DNA from: Planctomycetota bacterium
Lineage (GTDB): Bacteria; Planctomycetota; SZUA-567; H5-PLA8
Direction of reading: 5' to 3'
Length of the DNA: 64,000 bases
Assembly (NCBI GenBank): GCA_038227875.1
Contig: JBBRPR010000044.1
Coordinates: 9,569-73,568, forward strand
Part shown: positions 47,414-57,742 of the stretch, one piece after another
Numbering within the stretch: the first letter of the stretch is position 1
Layout: each line of letters begins with the position of its first letter
Translations under genes and position numbers: made by a program
Notes under the pieces: model-generated
Told to the model about the DNA's origin: nothing
Seen by the model: only the letters and a program-made list of their open reading frames with translations
The model's database searches: none

Positions 47414-49669
47414 TCAGCGCCGTGCCACAGTCTGGCGCACCGTCAATTCCTGGAGCTGCTTGATGTAGTCGCGGACGCGCGGGTATTCCGGCGCGACGCT
47501 GAGGATGTTCTGATATTCCTTCAGCGCCTTCGTGTAGTAATCGTTCTGATGCGTCTGCGATCCGGCGTACCAGTAGGCCATCGCCAGCGCGTCGCGGTAT
47601 TTCAAATTGCTGGGCTGACCCTTCAACGCCTGCTCCAGTTCGAACGATTCGCCGACGAAATCCTTCATCAGCTTGTTGAAGACGGCGACCTGCGCATGGC
47701 AATCGGGCCAGAGTTGCGGGTCGAGCTCCGCCGCGCGGCGCGTGGACTGCATCGCCAGGTCCAGTTTCGCGTTGTCGATCCGGTCCGGATTTTCGAGTGC
47801 TTCACGGCCCAGGCACGAGCCCAGATACAGCTGCGCGCGCGCATTTTTCGGATCGGCGGACGCCGCGTCGCGGAACAGTTTCTCCGCCGCGATCCAGCGG
47901 TCGTGATCCTTGATCGACTTGTCCGTCAACACCGCCGTGCCCTTGGCGACCAGCGTATTGGAATCCTTGGGCGTCATGAACCAGCGCAGCGCAGCCAGCG
48001 CCACCATGAAGACCGCAGCCGTGGCCAGCAGCGCCGTGATCGCGCGGCGGTTGCGGATGGCAGCGGCGACAAACTGCTGCACCTTCGGTTGCGTCGCGTT
48101 CTCGAGCGGCTCGCCATTGAGGAACCGCGCGATGTCCATGGCCATGGCGCGCGCATTGGCGTAGCGGCGTTCGGGTGATTTCTCGAGGCAGCGCATGACG
48201 ATGGTGTTGACGTCCTGCGGCACTTTCAGATTGATCGAGCGCAGCGGCGCGGGCTGGTTCTTGGTGATCTTGAGCATCAAGCGCAGCGCGTTCTCGGCCT
48301 GAAACGGAGGCCGCGACGCCAGCATTTCATAGAGCACCGCGCCCAGCGCCCAGACATCGGAGCGCGGATCGACGGCCTTGCCATCGCCGCGCGCCTGTTC
48401 GGGAGCCATGTACGCCGGCGTGCCGCAGACTAAACCCGATGCGGTCAGGCGCGTGATTTCGTCTAATGACTTGACCAGTCCGAAGTCGGCGACTTTCGGC
48501 GAACCAAATTCATCCAGCAGGATGTTGCCGGGCTTCAGATCGCGGTGAACGTAGCCGGCTTCGTGCAGCGCGCCGATGGTTTCGGCGATCGATTTCATCA
48601 GCACGAGACAGTCGTTGACGGAGAGCGTTTTTTCAGGAACGATCTTGTCCAGCGAGCGGCCCTTGACCAGTTCCATCGCCATGTACGGACGCTGTTCGAG
48701 TTCTCCGACGGCATAGACTTGGACCATGCCCGGCAGCGAGAGCGCCTTGGCTGTTTCGCATTCGTGGCGGAAGCGTTCGCGTTCGGCTTCGCCGGCTTCT
48801 TCGCCGTCGAGCAGCACCTTCAGCGCGACCTGCCGGCCGCCCTCGCGTTCGCGCGCTTTGAAGACCGCGCCCACGCCGCCGCGCGCGATTTCACCTTCTA
48901 TGTCATACGGGCCGAAGCTGCCCTCCAGCAGCGGACGGCGGTTCTTCTTCTTCACGTCCGGCGGGCGGTCGACCTTCGCCGGCGGCATCGGTTTTTCCAC
49001 GACCACGGGCGCTGGAGCGGGCTCCGGCTCGGCCTTCTGCTCCACAACCGGATCGGTGGTGTCGTGCGCGGCCTCGGAAGTCTGCGGGTCCGCCTTTTCG
49101 TCGGTCGGAGCGCCTTGAACTTGCGCCGCGGCCGCGTTGACGATCTGCAGATTCGGAATCGGCGCGATCGGCGGCGGCGTGGGGACGCCGATGGTTTCAG
49201 GAATCATCACCGCGACATCGCCCTCGGCTTCGCTTTCAGCCAATGCGGTGGCGCTGCCCTGCCGCTGCGCGGCGAGCGGATGCGAGACGATCAACTTGCG
49301 GCGCGGCAGCGGAGCCAGTTCGCTTTCGCGCACGGCGGCTCGGCGGACGCCTTGGGCGTTGCCGTTGCCATTGCCTGTCGCGTGACTGTGCCCATGGCCA
49401 TGGGTGCCGTCGTCGGTCTCTGCCATGAAGGGCAACCCGCCGGTGCGGGTGGAATCGTGAGCGGGCGGAGGAAAGGCGGAGTATTTTGAAGGCTCGGCGG
49501 CGCCGGGCGCGGAGGCCGGGCGTTTTTCGCCCTTTGCAAAGTCATCTTTCGAGAGGAACGCCGCGGCATTGAATGCCACACCGCACGCCACGCAATTGAG
49601 CGCGAAGTTCACCTTCGAAATATTGGCATCAAAGCCAGTACGGCACACCGGACAAACGACACGCGGCAT
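47414..49669 (-). CDS. Hanks-type Ser/Thr protein kinase with an N-terminal zinc ribbon, a TM helix and TPR-like C-terminus
   Basis: CPVC...CVAC; IARGGVGAV, VALK, HRDLKPGN, DFG, GTPAYMAPE and SDVWALG motifs. Confidence 0.96.
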   Translation of the reverse strand: MPRVVCPVCRTGFDANISKVNFALNCVACGVAFNAAAFLSKDDFAKGEKRPASAPGAAEPSKYSAFPPPAHDSTRTGGLPFMAETDDGTHGHGHSHATGNGNGNAQGVRRAAVRESELAPLPRRKLIVSHPLAAQRQGSATALAESEAEGDVAVMIPETIGVPTPPPIAPIPNLQIVNAAAAQVQGAPTDEKADPQTSEAAHDTTDPVVEQKAEPEPAPAPVVVEKPMPPAKVDRPPDVKKKNRRPLLEGSFGPYDIEGEIARGGVGAVFKAREREGGRQVALKVLLDGEEAGEAERERFRHECETAKALSLPGMVQVYAVGELEQRPYMAMELVKGRSLDKIVPEKTLSVNDCLVLMKSIAETIGALHEAGYVHRDLKPGNILLDEFGSPKVADFGLVKSLDEITRLTASGLVCGTPAYMAPEQARGDGKAVDPRSDVWALGAVLYEMLASRPPFQAENALRLMLKITKNQPAPLRSINLKVPQDVNTIVMRCLEKSPERRYANARAMAMDIARFLNGEPLENATQPKVQQFVAAAIRNRRAITALLATAAVFMVALAALRWFMTPKDSNTLVAKGTAVLTDKSIKDHDRWIAAEKLFRDAASADPKNARAQLYLGSCLGREALENPDRIDNAKLDLAMQSTRRAAELDPQLWPDCHAQVAVFNKLMKDFVGESFELEQALKGQPSNLKYRDALAMAYWYAGSQTHQNDYYTKALKEYQNILSVAPEYPRVRDYIKQLQELTVRQTVARR

Positions 49670-50048
49670 AATTGCTCGCCCCCACCCCTCGACGGACCCC
49701 TAAAAGGGCCATAAACGTGATCGGCAGTTTTGGCGGCGACCTTTAAGGGGGAGATTGGATAAGTGGGAGATTGGACTTCGATTCCTGAGCGTGAGGCCTT
49801 CCCCGCTTTCCCAGTCCAGTCCGGCTAAAAGTAGTCGTTAACAGCACGCGCTACGCTAGCGAAGCGAACCGACTACATTTCGTCGGACAAAATGTGCAAT
49901 GCGTGGATGGCGTCTCCGCCGAGATGACCTTGTATTGGTATAAACGTCCTATAATGTGAGTCCGCCCATTTCCACGGAATACCCGACCGCGCTGGCCACG
50001 TTCATACATGTGCACACTTGCAGTCCCAAGCCCTTTCAGGAGTCCAAA

Positions 50049-50942
50049 ATGCTCAGACGGTTGGTGTCCTCCCTCGCGGTACTTGCCGTCGTCGGCGCCA
50101 TGTCGATACAGGCGCATGAGATCTGGACCGAAAATTATGCCGAAGCCAAGGTCAGCGCCGAAAAGGACAGCAAGGACCTGCTGCTGGAATTCACCGGCTC
50201 CGACTGGTGCCCTTACTGCGTGAAGCTGCGCCACGAAGTCTTCGACACCTCGGATTTCAAATCCAAGGCGCCGAAGGAATTCGTGCTCGTCGAACTCGAT
50301 TTTCCGCAGACCAAGAAACAGGCCGACGCAACCAAGGCACAGAATCAGGAGCTGCAGGAAAAGTACGGCATCGATGGCTTCCCCACCGTGCTGCTCACCG
50401 ATCCCGCCGGCGTCCCCTACGCGAAGCTCGGCTACGGACCCGACACCGCGTCGATGACCGATCACATGATCAGCCTGCGCAAACGCAAAGCGACACGCGA
50501 CGACCTCTTCAGCCGCGCCAAGCTCGCCACCGGAGCCGAGAAAGCCCGCCTGCTCGACCAAGCCATCACCGGCCTGGGCAAGGATGAATTCGTGGCGCGC
50601 TTCGACGACGTGCTCGACCAGATCGTCACCGCCGATTCCGAAAACAAGGCCGGCCTGAAAGCCAAGTACGGCACGCGCGTGGAACTGCGTCCCGTGATCA
50701 AGATGGCCGAGTCCGGCGACGTCGACGGCGCCATCGGCAAGCTCGACGCCGTACTGAAAGAGAAAGACGCCCCCGCTGTGCGCAAGCAGGAAGTGCTCTA
50801 CATGAAGGCGATTCTGCTGCAGTTCAAGAGCGACAAGGACGGCTCCATCGCGAGCCTGAAGGAAGCCTACAAGCTCGACCAGAACAGCGACCGCGGCAAG
50901 GAAATCGGCGAGATCCTGAAGGAAATCGAGAAGGGCAACTGA
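50049..50942 (+). CDS. Secreted thioredoxin-family protein with a helical/TPR-like C-terminus
   Basis: Signal peptide; FTGSDWCPYC; GFPT cis-Pro motif. Confidence 0.92.
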   Translation: MLRRLVSSLAVLAVVGAMSIQAHEIWTENYAEAKVSAEKDSKDLLLEFTGSDWCPYCVKLRHEVFDTSDFKSKAPKEFVLVELDFPQTKKQADATKAQNQELQEKYGIDGFPTVLLTDPAGVPYAKLGYGPDTASMTDHMISLRKRKATRDDLFSRAKLATGAEKARLLDQAITGLGKDEFVARFDDVLDQIVTADSENKAGLKAKYGTRVELRPVIKMAESGDVDGAIGKLDAVLKEKDAPAVRKQEVLYMKAILLQFKSDKDGSIASLKEAYKLDQNSDRGKEIGEILKEIEKGN

Positions 50943-50968
50943 CCGGCAGTTCACGAATATTCCTAATT

Positions 50969-51008
50969 ACAATCGGCTCGTCGCACACGCGACGAGCCGA
51001 TTGTTTTT
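50969..51008 (+). terminator. Rho-independent terminator
   Basis: 16-bp stem ACAATCGGCTCGTCGC/GCGACGAGCCGATTGT followed by a T-run. Confidence 0.85.
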
Positions 51009-51156
51009 GGTGTAATACAAATCGTGATCTACGCCGTTCCTATACGTGCGTGAAATTAGTATCGTTACACCTAATAAATGGCCTCCGCATTGGTAGTAAT
51101 CCATAGCAGCAGCCCCTATTCCGAATTTGCGGCGCTGCACTGCGGAGAAATCCATC

Positions 51157-51597
51157 ATGAACATCACGCGTGTAGCCGTTCTCTTCACTGGTCTGTCCCT
51201 GATCGCATCCGGCGCCCACGCCGACGATCCGGCCACGCCGGCAACCCAGACGGGCACGCATCCCGGTCACCCGCTCGTGCGGCTGATTCTCGCTCACGAA
51301 CAAGAGCTGAAGTTGACCGCCGATCAGGTCACCAGACTGACCGCGCTGGAAGAAACGCCCGTCAAACCGCATCCGCATCTGGACGCTAAAAAAGCCAGCG
51401 CCACAACTGGAGCTGGCACTGGAACCGGGACCGCCACGCCGACGCAGCCCCATCACGAATTGCCGGCGAAGATCAAAGCGATCCTGACGCCCGATCAGCA
51501 GGCCGAAGTGCTGAAGCTGATCGAAGCACATCACCACGGCCACGGCAACCATGGCAAACACGCCGGAGCCACGCGAAGTGGAACGGCCACCAAGTAA
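51157..51597 (+). CDS. Secreted His-rich Spy/CpxP-like protein
   Basis: Signal peptide, two LTxxQ motifs (LKLTADQ, ILTPDQ) and His-rich tracts. Confidence 0.7.
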   Translation: MNITRVAVLFTGLSLIASGAHADDPATPATQTGTHPGHPLVRLILAHEQELKLTADQVTRLTALEETPVKPHPHLDAKKASATTGAGTGTGTATPTQPHHELPAKIKAILTPDQQAEVLKLIEAHHHGHGNHGKHAGATRSGTATK

Positions 51598-51666
51598 AGA
51601 GTCGTCCGCCAAATTCGGGCGAGCGTAATTGTCGGCGGACGAAAAATCAGTACGCTTGTCGGCCCT

Positions 51667-52923
51667 ATGGACAATGCAACGCCCTCCCCCACTCCGCCGG
51701 CTCCGCCCGCGCTGCTGAAAACGCGCCTCTCCGTGCAGATGTTCCTCCAGTTTGCCATCTGGGGCGCGTGGGCGCCGGTGCTCGGAAAGCATCTCGGCAA
51801 CCTCAATTTCATGCCCGCGCAAGTCAACGGCGTTTACGGCGCCGGGACGCTGGCGACGATGATTTCGCCGCTGATCGCCGGGCAGATCGCCGACCGCTGG
51901 TTTCCCACGCAGTGGTTCCTGGCGCTCAGTTATCTGCTGACGGGAATTCTCTTCTTCATCGCGCGCACGTCCGCCGATTACTCGCAACTGTGGTGGCTGG
52001 GCTTCGGCACGATGCTCTTCTTCGGGCCCACTTTAGGCCTGGCCAACTCGATGTGCTTCCATCACCTCTCCGATGCCCGCCGCGATTTTCCGGCCATCCG
52101 CTCGTGGGGCACGATCGGCTGGATCGCCTCCAGCGGCGCGCTCTCCGCGTGGATGAAACTGACCGGCCGCGACATCGGCGATTGCCTGACCTTCGCCGCC
52201 GTGTTTTCGATCATCAACGCGCTCTATTCGGCCACGCTCCCCGCCACGCCGCCCCGGCGCGAAACGCGTGAAGCGTTCGCGGTTGGCAAAGTGCTGGCGA
52301 TGCTCAAGGATCCCTCGTTTGCCGTCTTCAGTTTCCTCGCGTTCGCGCTGATGGTCTTCGCCTCATTCTATTATTTCATGACCGCCAATTTCCTCCCCAC
52401 GATCGGCATCAGCGATTCCGATTTACCGCTGGTGCTCTTGACCGGACAGGTCATGGAAATCCTGACCATTTTCCTGCTGCCCATGGCGATGAAAAAACTC
52501 GGCTCGAAGACCACCATCGCGTTGGGCCTCGGCGCATGGGCCCTGCGCTTTTTCATCTTCGGATTGGGCAAGCCCACCGCGCTGGTCGTGGCCTCGCAGA
52601 GCATCCATGGCGTGGCCTTCGCCTTCGCGATTGCCGGCGCGATGATCTACGCCGAACGCATCTGCGCCCCGGACGTCCGCGGCAGCATGCAGAGTTTCCT
52701 CTCGTGGCTGACCTACGGTCTGGGCATGTACGCCGGCTCCTACCTTGGCGGCGCCGTCGGCCAACACTATTCGCACCTCGACCCGGCGACGCAGGCTGCT
52801 GTTCGCGATTGGCCGCCGATCTGGAACGTCGCGGCCATCGGCTGCACCGCCGTGATGGTGCTCTTCCTGATCGGCTTCCGAGCCCGCGATACACAAGTGG
52901 CGGAAGTGACGCGGATCGAATAG
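51667..52923 (+). CDS. MFS transporter, nucleoside:H+ symporter (NupG/XapB/YegT-like) family
   Basis: RLSVQMFLQFAIWGAW, G.IADRWF, FPAIR.WGTIGWI and GQ..E motifs; about 12 TM segments. Confidence 0.9.
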   Translation: MDNATPSPTPPAPPALLKTRLSVQMFLQFAIWGAWAPVLGKHLGNLNFMPAQVNGVYGAGTLATMISPLIAGQIADRWFPTQWFLALSYLLTGILFFIARTSADYSQLWWLGFGTMLFFGPTLGLANSMCFHHLSDARRDFPAIRSWGTIGWIASSGALSAWMKLTGRDIGDCLTFAAVFSIINALYSATLPATPPRRETREAFAVGKVLAMLKDPSFAVFSFLAFALMVFASFYYFMTANFLPTIGISDSDLPLVLLTGQVMEILTIFLLPMAMKKLGSKTTIALGLGAWALRFFIFGLGKPTALVVASQSIHGVAFAFAIAGAMIYAERICAPDVRGSMQSFLSWLTYGLGMYAGSYLGGAVGQHYSHLDPATQAAVRDWPPIWNVAAIGCTAVMVLFLIGFRARDTQVAEVTRIE

Positions 52924-53161
52924 CAACGGTCGCCATCCCTACTGTTCATGCAAGGTACTAAGCGTGCAAAATGCAACTGCACGTCTTCGCAATTGCCAAT
53001 TCCCAAATCTGAATTCGACATTCCCAGCCGTCGGAGTCGCCGCACTCCCCGTTCGTAGCTGTACGGTCGTTTTCTACGCGGCACAAGCCTTGCGCAACAT
53101 TGTTGGACACATATCCACACGCGCAGCAACTGGTTAAATTCAATCAGGAAAGGAGACTGCC

Positions 53162-54529
53162 ATGAAGTTCACGCTCTGCGCAGTCCTGATTCTGAGCTGC
53201 GTCGTGATACAGAATCATGCACTCGGCAGTGAAGATCCTTTCGACGACTTGGATCATCCCACCAAGGAAAAGGCGAAAAGCAACGACCCCTTCGATGATC
53301 TCGATCACCCCGGAAACAAGGACGATCCGTTCGCGGACATCGACGGCGCAACCAAGCCCAAACCGGCGGCGCCGGCAAAGTCCACAAAGAAAGTGGCAGA
53401 CGATAAGGATCTCTTCTGGCATCTGTTTCACGACAATTTCACATACAAAAAGGAGCTCTATTTTCAGCTCTCGTACAGTTCCGAAAAATCCAAAACGAAA
53501 GATGAATTAATTGAGACGATCTACAGCCGCGAATCTGTCGGTTACGAAATTCTCAAGAAGTTCACGACCGAAACCTCCACCGTCGCCGCGTTCGACATGC
53601 AGGGACGGATGGTCCGGCGCGATCATTTCATCGAAACGCCCAACGATACCGAGGGTAAAAACCGCAACGGCTGGTTCTTCGAATTTCACAATTTGTATTG
53701 GGATTTATACAATATCTTTAATCCCTTTATTGATGACAAAACCCGCGGCGACAATGTCGGCCGCTTCAATTTCCGCGCCGGCCATTTCTATCTTCCATTT
53801 GGATTAAATCTCCAGACCGACACGCACGGCACGCTGCTGCAATTGTCCAACGACCGCAATTTCGGCTTCGAACGCGACTGGTACGCCGGCCTGTGGGGCT
53901 CGATCAACGCGGACGTCAACTACGACGTCTATTACCTGCTCGGCTCCGGCTACAACATCGCCTTCGACGGCCAGCACGGCATGCTCGGTTCGCGCTTCAG
54001 CCTGTCCAACAAATACCGCCTGGAGTACGGCATCGAAGGCGGCATCTCGGTGATGAGCGGACAACGCTCCTCGAAGGAAGGCGTCGAACGCAGCCCGTCC
54101 GTCGCCGTCCACGCTGGTCCCGATCACATCATCAACACCGAACGCTACGGCCTCGATTGGCGCTACACGCGGCTGGTTCCGTCGGGCTCCGTCGCCTTCT
54201 CCACCGAATTGAGCGCCGGACACGACGACAGCGACGCGGTCTTCACGCAATTGCATCAGATCGACTACCTGACCGTCCGCCGCCAGTGGGGCCTGAGCAC
54301 CCAGTACCGCCGCTTCTGGCAGGACATCGGCCACGGCAACATGGCTTCGGCCGACGTTCACAATCACAAGGCCGACACGTCGATCATCGGCGAATTCACG
54401 TGGTACTTCCGCAACGACATAGGCAATTCCAATCTGCATTGGATCAAGGCGAACGTCGAACGGCAGCTCGAACGACAGATGGATAAACCGGGAACCATCG
54501 TGACGCTGCAATATTACCACTACTGGTAG
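53162..54529 (+). CDS. Putative outer-membrane beta-barrel protein
   Basis: Signal peptide, N-F-R-A-G-H-F-Y-L-P-F-G porin-like motif, alternating aromatic strands, C-terminal LQYYHYW. Confidence 0.7.
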   Translation: MKFTLCAVLILSCVVIQNHALGSEDPFDDLDHPTKEKAKSNDPFDDLDHPGNKDDPFADIDGATKPKPAAPAKSTKKVADDKDLFWHLFHDNFTYKKELYFQLSYSSEKSKTKDELIETIYSRESVGYEILKKFTTETSTVAAFDMQGRMVRRDHFIETPNDTEGKNRNGWFFEFHNLYWDLYNIFNPFIDDKTRGDNVGRFNFRAGHFYLPFGLNLQTDTHGTLLQLSNDRNFGFERDWYAGLWGSINADVNYDVYYLLGSGYNIAFDGQHGMLGSRFSLSNKYRLEYGIEGGISVMSGQRSSKEGVERSPSVAVHAGPDHIINTERYGLDWRYTRLVPSGSVAFSTELSAGHDDSDAVFTQLHQIDYLTVRRQWGLSTQYRRFWQDIGHGNMASADVHNHKADTSIIGEFTWYFRNDIGNSNLHWIKANVERQLERQMDKPGTIVTLQYYHYW

Positions 54530-54558
54530 CGAACAGGACGAATTGAGGTGCGACGACC

Positions 54559-55281
54559 ATGAAGAAGATTGCCATCTGCATTGTGCTCGGTCTGGTCTTT
54601 CTGGCGCGAAGTTCCATGGCCGCGATTGGCTGCACACTCAGCAATCCCGGACAGGATTTGAAAGCGCTCTTCCCCGAGATGACCGACTTCAAAGACGAGA
54701 CGCGCGAATTTCCAAAAATCGACAAGGGCAAGGAACTCTACGACAGCCTCAAGGACCGGCTCGGCGGCGATCTCGACTCCGTCTACGAATCCTACGACAC
54801 GCCCTACACCGTCTACAAAGTGTTCAAAGGCAAGGAACTGATCGGCATCGTCCACGGCGTCAACGTGCCGGGAAAGGGCGGCGTCATCCAGGTCTTCCTG
54901 GCGATGGATCCCACGTCCGGCGAAATCAAAAATTTCATCTTCCAACGCATCGACAGCCCCGCCGCGAAAGCGCTGAAGAGCAAGGAATTCCGCGCCCAGT
55001 TCAACGGCCTGACGCTCGCCGATTTCTACAAGCACGATTACTACGGCGCCGCCGATCCCGGCAGTGAGAAGGACAAAGTCGCGAAGATCAAGGAGCCGGA
55101 CGTCGGCGCCGACGGCAAGCCCGATTACATCGCCAGCATCCGCGGCGTGCGCAAGAACCTGATCCTCCTCGACATGTTTTTCTACGAGATGAAATTTGAG
55201 GCCTACTACACGCGCGCGAAGGAAGCCATCGCCAAGGCCAAAGCCGGCAAGTCCGCCGAACCGCCTCCGGAAAAGAAATGA
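54559..55281 (+). CDS. Periplasmic FMN-binding-domain-like (RnfG/NosR N-terminal-like) protein
   Basis: Signal peptide; LKALFP, VPGKGG.IQVFLAMD..GEIK and EFRAQFNG. Confidence 0.6.
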   Translation: MKKIAICIVLGLVFLARSSMAAIGCTLSNPGQDLKALFPEMTDFKDETREFPKIDKGKELYDSLKDRLGGDLDSVYESYDTPYTVYKVFKGKELIGIVHGVNVPGKGGVIQVFLAMDPTSGEIKNFIFQRIDSPAAKALKSKEFRAQFNGLTLADFYKHDYYGAADPGSEKDKVAKIKEPDVGADGKPDYIASIRGVRKNLILLDMFFYEMKFEAYYTRAKEAIAKAKAGKSAEPPPEKK

Positions 55282-55290
55282 GGTAAGGCC

Positions 55291-55668
55291 ATGAAAACAA
55301 TTCTCATCGGTTGCGCCCTGATCGTCATCGGCATCGCCGGATTCGTGGTCTGGCAGAACCAGAAGCCCGACGTCTTCGGCGCACCCCTGCAAGGCATTCC
55401 CAAGGTGGAACTCGCGCAGATCGCGGCGAAGCCCGACGACTTCCTGAAAATGGACCTGCGCGTCGAAGGAAAAATCAGCCGCCAGTGCCCCGTCACCGGC
55501 TGCTGGTTTTACCTCAAGAGTCCCGACGGCAACGATCTGCGCGTCGAACTCGGCCAGGTGGCGCCGAAGCTCCCGCCCCGCGTGGGCCGCACCGCGATCG
55601 TCGAAGGCCGGCTCTTCAAGATAGCCGATCATTACGAAATCGTGGGCAATGGCGTTGAGTTCAAGTGA
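55291..55668 (+). CDS. Membrane-anchored OB-fold protein (DUF4920-like)
   Basis: TM anchor; VEGKI..QCP.TGCW motif; AIVEG. Confidence 0.65.
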   Translation: MKTILIGCALIVIGIAGFVVWQNQKPDVFGAPLQGIPKVELAQIAAKPDDFLKMDLRVEGKISRQCPVTGCWFYLKSPDGNDLRVELGQVAPKLPPRVGRTAIVEGRLFKIADHYEIVGNGVEFK

Positions 55669-55680
55669 GGAGATGCAGTC

Positions 55681-56925
55681 ATGAAATACCTTTCCCTGGC
55701 CTTGAAGAATTTATTGCGCCGGCCGTTGCGTTCGATCCTGACCATCGCCGGCGTGGCGCTGGCCGTCGCCGTCGCCGTCAGCCTCAGCGGCTTTAATCTC
55801 GGCTACAAACGCGCGATCAACGGCAGCATCGAAAAACTCGGCTTCCAGGTCATGATCATGGCCAAGGGCTGCCCGTACGAAGCGGCGACCATGATGCTCA
55901 AGGGCGGCACCGGACTGCTCTATCTCCCGAACGAAGCCTTCGAAAATGTGCGCAAGGACCAGGAGATCAAATCGATCACGCCGATTTTCATCGGCGTCAG
56001 CCAGAAAGAAGGCAGCAACATCAGCGGCGATTCCACCAAGTCCTTCACCATCATCGCCGGCATCGACGTCCCGAGCTTCCGCGACATGAAGCCATGGATG
56101 GATTTCAAAAAAGGCACCGGCTACGACGGCGGCCGCTGGTTCGCCGAAGATTCCAAGCAGGAAATTGTGATGGGCTTCGAAGTCGCCGAATACGAGCAGC
56201 GTAAAGTCGGCGACACCTTCTACGCGTCGATCACGCCCAAGGGCAAGCCCGACGCCGTCATGCGTGAATTCAAAGTCGTCGGCGTCCTCGACCGCACCGG
56301 CACGCAGGACGACGGCACCGTCTTCATGCCCATCGCCGCCGCGCGCACGTACTTCAATCAGCCCAACGATCTCACCATCATCGGCGTCAAGCTGAAGGAA
56401 TTCAGCGGCGTGAAGATCAAGGAATTCGAATCGCGCTGGCTCAAGCTTCCGGAAGTCCAGGTCGTCAGCCTCGAGCAGGTGAAGGGCACGCTCGTCAGCC
56501 TTGTCGGCACCGCGCAGGCCATGGTCGCCGCCGTCGCGGCCATCGCGATCATCGTCGCCGTCATCGGCGTGATCAACACGATCCTCATGAGCGTCTACGA
56601 ACGCACCGGCGAAATCGGCATCATGAAAGCGCTGGGCGCCCGCCGCGGCGACATCTTCCAACTGATCTGGCTGGAGACACTGGCGATCTGCCTCCTCGGC
56701 GCCGCCGTCGGCTGCGTTCTCGCGTTCGTCGGTTCGCAGCTGGTCGAACTGGCGATCAAATCGTTGATCAATCTCGGCGTCACCGGCTCGATCGTCTACA
56801 TCACCGGCGAAGTACTGGCCTGGGCGATGGCCGGCGCCGTGGCGCTGGGTTTCTTCGCCGGACTTTACCCCGCGTGGCGCGCCTCGTCGATGCGCCCAAT
56901 CGAAGCGATCCGCCAGGGCGAATAA
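55681..56925 (+). CDS. ABC transporter permease, MacB/FtsX family
   Basis: NLLRRPLRS.LT, NTILMSVYERT.EIGIMKALGA and YPAWRAS...PIEAIR. Confidence 0.95.
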   Translation: MKYLSLALKNLLRRPLRSILTIAGVALAVAVAVSLSGFNLGYKRAINGSIEKLGFQVMIMAKGCPYEAATMMLKGGTGLLYLPNEAFENVRKDQEIKSITPIFIGVSQKEGSNISGDSTKSFTIIAGIDVPSFRDMKPWMDFKKGTGYDGGRWFAEDSKQEIVMGFEVAEYEQRKVGDTFYASITPKGKPDAVMREFKVVGVLDRTGTQDDGTVFMPIAAARTYFNQPNDLTIIGVKLKEFSGVKIKEFESRWLKLPEVQVVSLEQVKGTLVSLVGTAQAMVAAVAAIAIIVAVIGVINTILMSVYERTGEIGIMKALGARRGDIFQLIWLETLAICLLGAAVGCVLAFVGSQLVELAIKSLINLGVTGSIVYITGEVLAWAMAGAVALGFFAGLYPAWRASSMRPIEAIRQGE

Positions 56926-56957
56926 ATTTTTCGAACCGACCGTTCAAGGAGCAAGCC

Positions 56958-57677
56958 ATGAGCGACATCATCATTCAAGCCCGCGGACTCAAGCGGTACT
57001 ACCAGCGCGGCATTGAAACCGTCAAGGCCCTCGATGGCGTGGACATCAACATCCACACTGGAGAAATGGTCTCGGTGCTCGGCCCGTCCGGTTCAGGAAA
57101 AACGACGCTGATCAATCTCCTCTCGTGTCTCGACGCGCCGAGCGCCGGGACGCTCAGCGTCGCCGGAAAAGAAGTGGGCGGCATGTCCGAGGAAGGATTG
57201 ACGGAAGTGCGCCGCGGCGTGCTTGGCTTCATCTTCCAGAAATTCTACCTGCTTCCCACGCTGACGGTCGCAGAGAACGTCGAACTCCCTCTGCTCTTCC
57301 TCGGCCGCAACCGCGACCGCGCCGCAACGATGGAGGTACTCAAGCAGGTCGGCCTGAGCGATCGTGTCGGACACTTGCCGCGCGAACTTTCCGGCGGCCA
57401 GATGCAGCGCGTCGCGATCGCGCGAGCGTTGATGATCCACCCCAAGGTCCTGATCGCCGACGAACCCACCGGCAATCTCGACAAGGCCAACAGCGAAGCC
57501 ATTTTCAAACTCTTCCAGCACCTGGTCACCGAGCAGGGACTTACCGTGATCGTCACGACCCACAATCTCGCCCTCGGCTACCTCGCCGATCGCGTGATCA
57601 CACTCGAAGATGGCCGCATCCTGAAAGAAGAACGCGGCGTTGCCCATCACGCCGAACCCGAGCTGAGCAAAGTATAA
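56958..57677 (+). CDS. ABC transporter ATP-binding protein (LolD/MacB-like)
   Basis: GPSGSGKT, LSGGQMQRVAIARAL and ADEPTGNLD. Confidence 0.96.
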   Translation: MSDIIIQARGLKRYYQRGIETVKALDGVDINIHTGEMVSVLGPSGSGKTTLINLLSCLDAPSAGTLSVAGKEVGGMSEEGLTEVRRGVLGFIFQKFYLLPTLTVAENVELPLLFLGRNRDRAATMEVLKQVGLSDRVGHLPRELSGGQMQRVAIARALMIHPKVLIADEPTGNLDKANSEAIFKLFQHLVTEQGLTVIVTTHNLALGYLADRVITLEDGRILKEERGVAHHAEPELSKV

Positions 57678-57687
57678 CCCGCGCCAA

Positions 57688-57737
57688 GGATCACTGGCTT
57701 CGAAGTCGAAATATTCACGACTCTGAAGCCAGTGTCC
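57688..57737. terminator. Inverted repeat between convergent operons
   Basis: CACTGGCTTC...AGTCG / CGACT...GAAGCCAGTG. Confidence 0.55.
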
Positions 57738-57742
57738 GGCCG

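Noticed and set aside
49696..49775. Imperfect stem CCCCTAAAAGG/CCTTTAAGGGG and duplicated GGGAGATTGGA in a divergent promoter region
   Set aside because: It does not fit the 28-bp family, and I cannot assign it to a known ncRNA or riboswitch.
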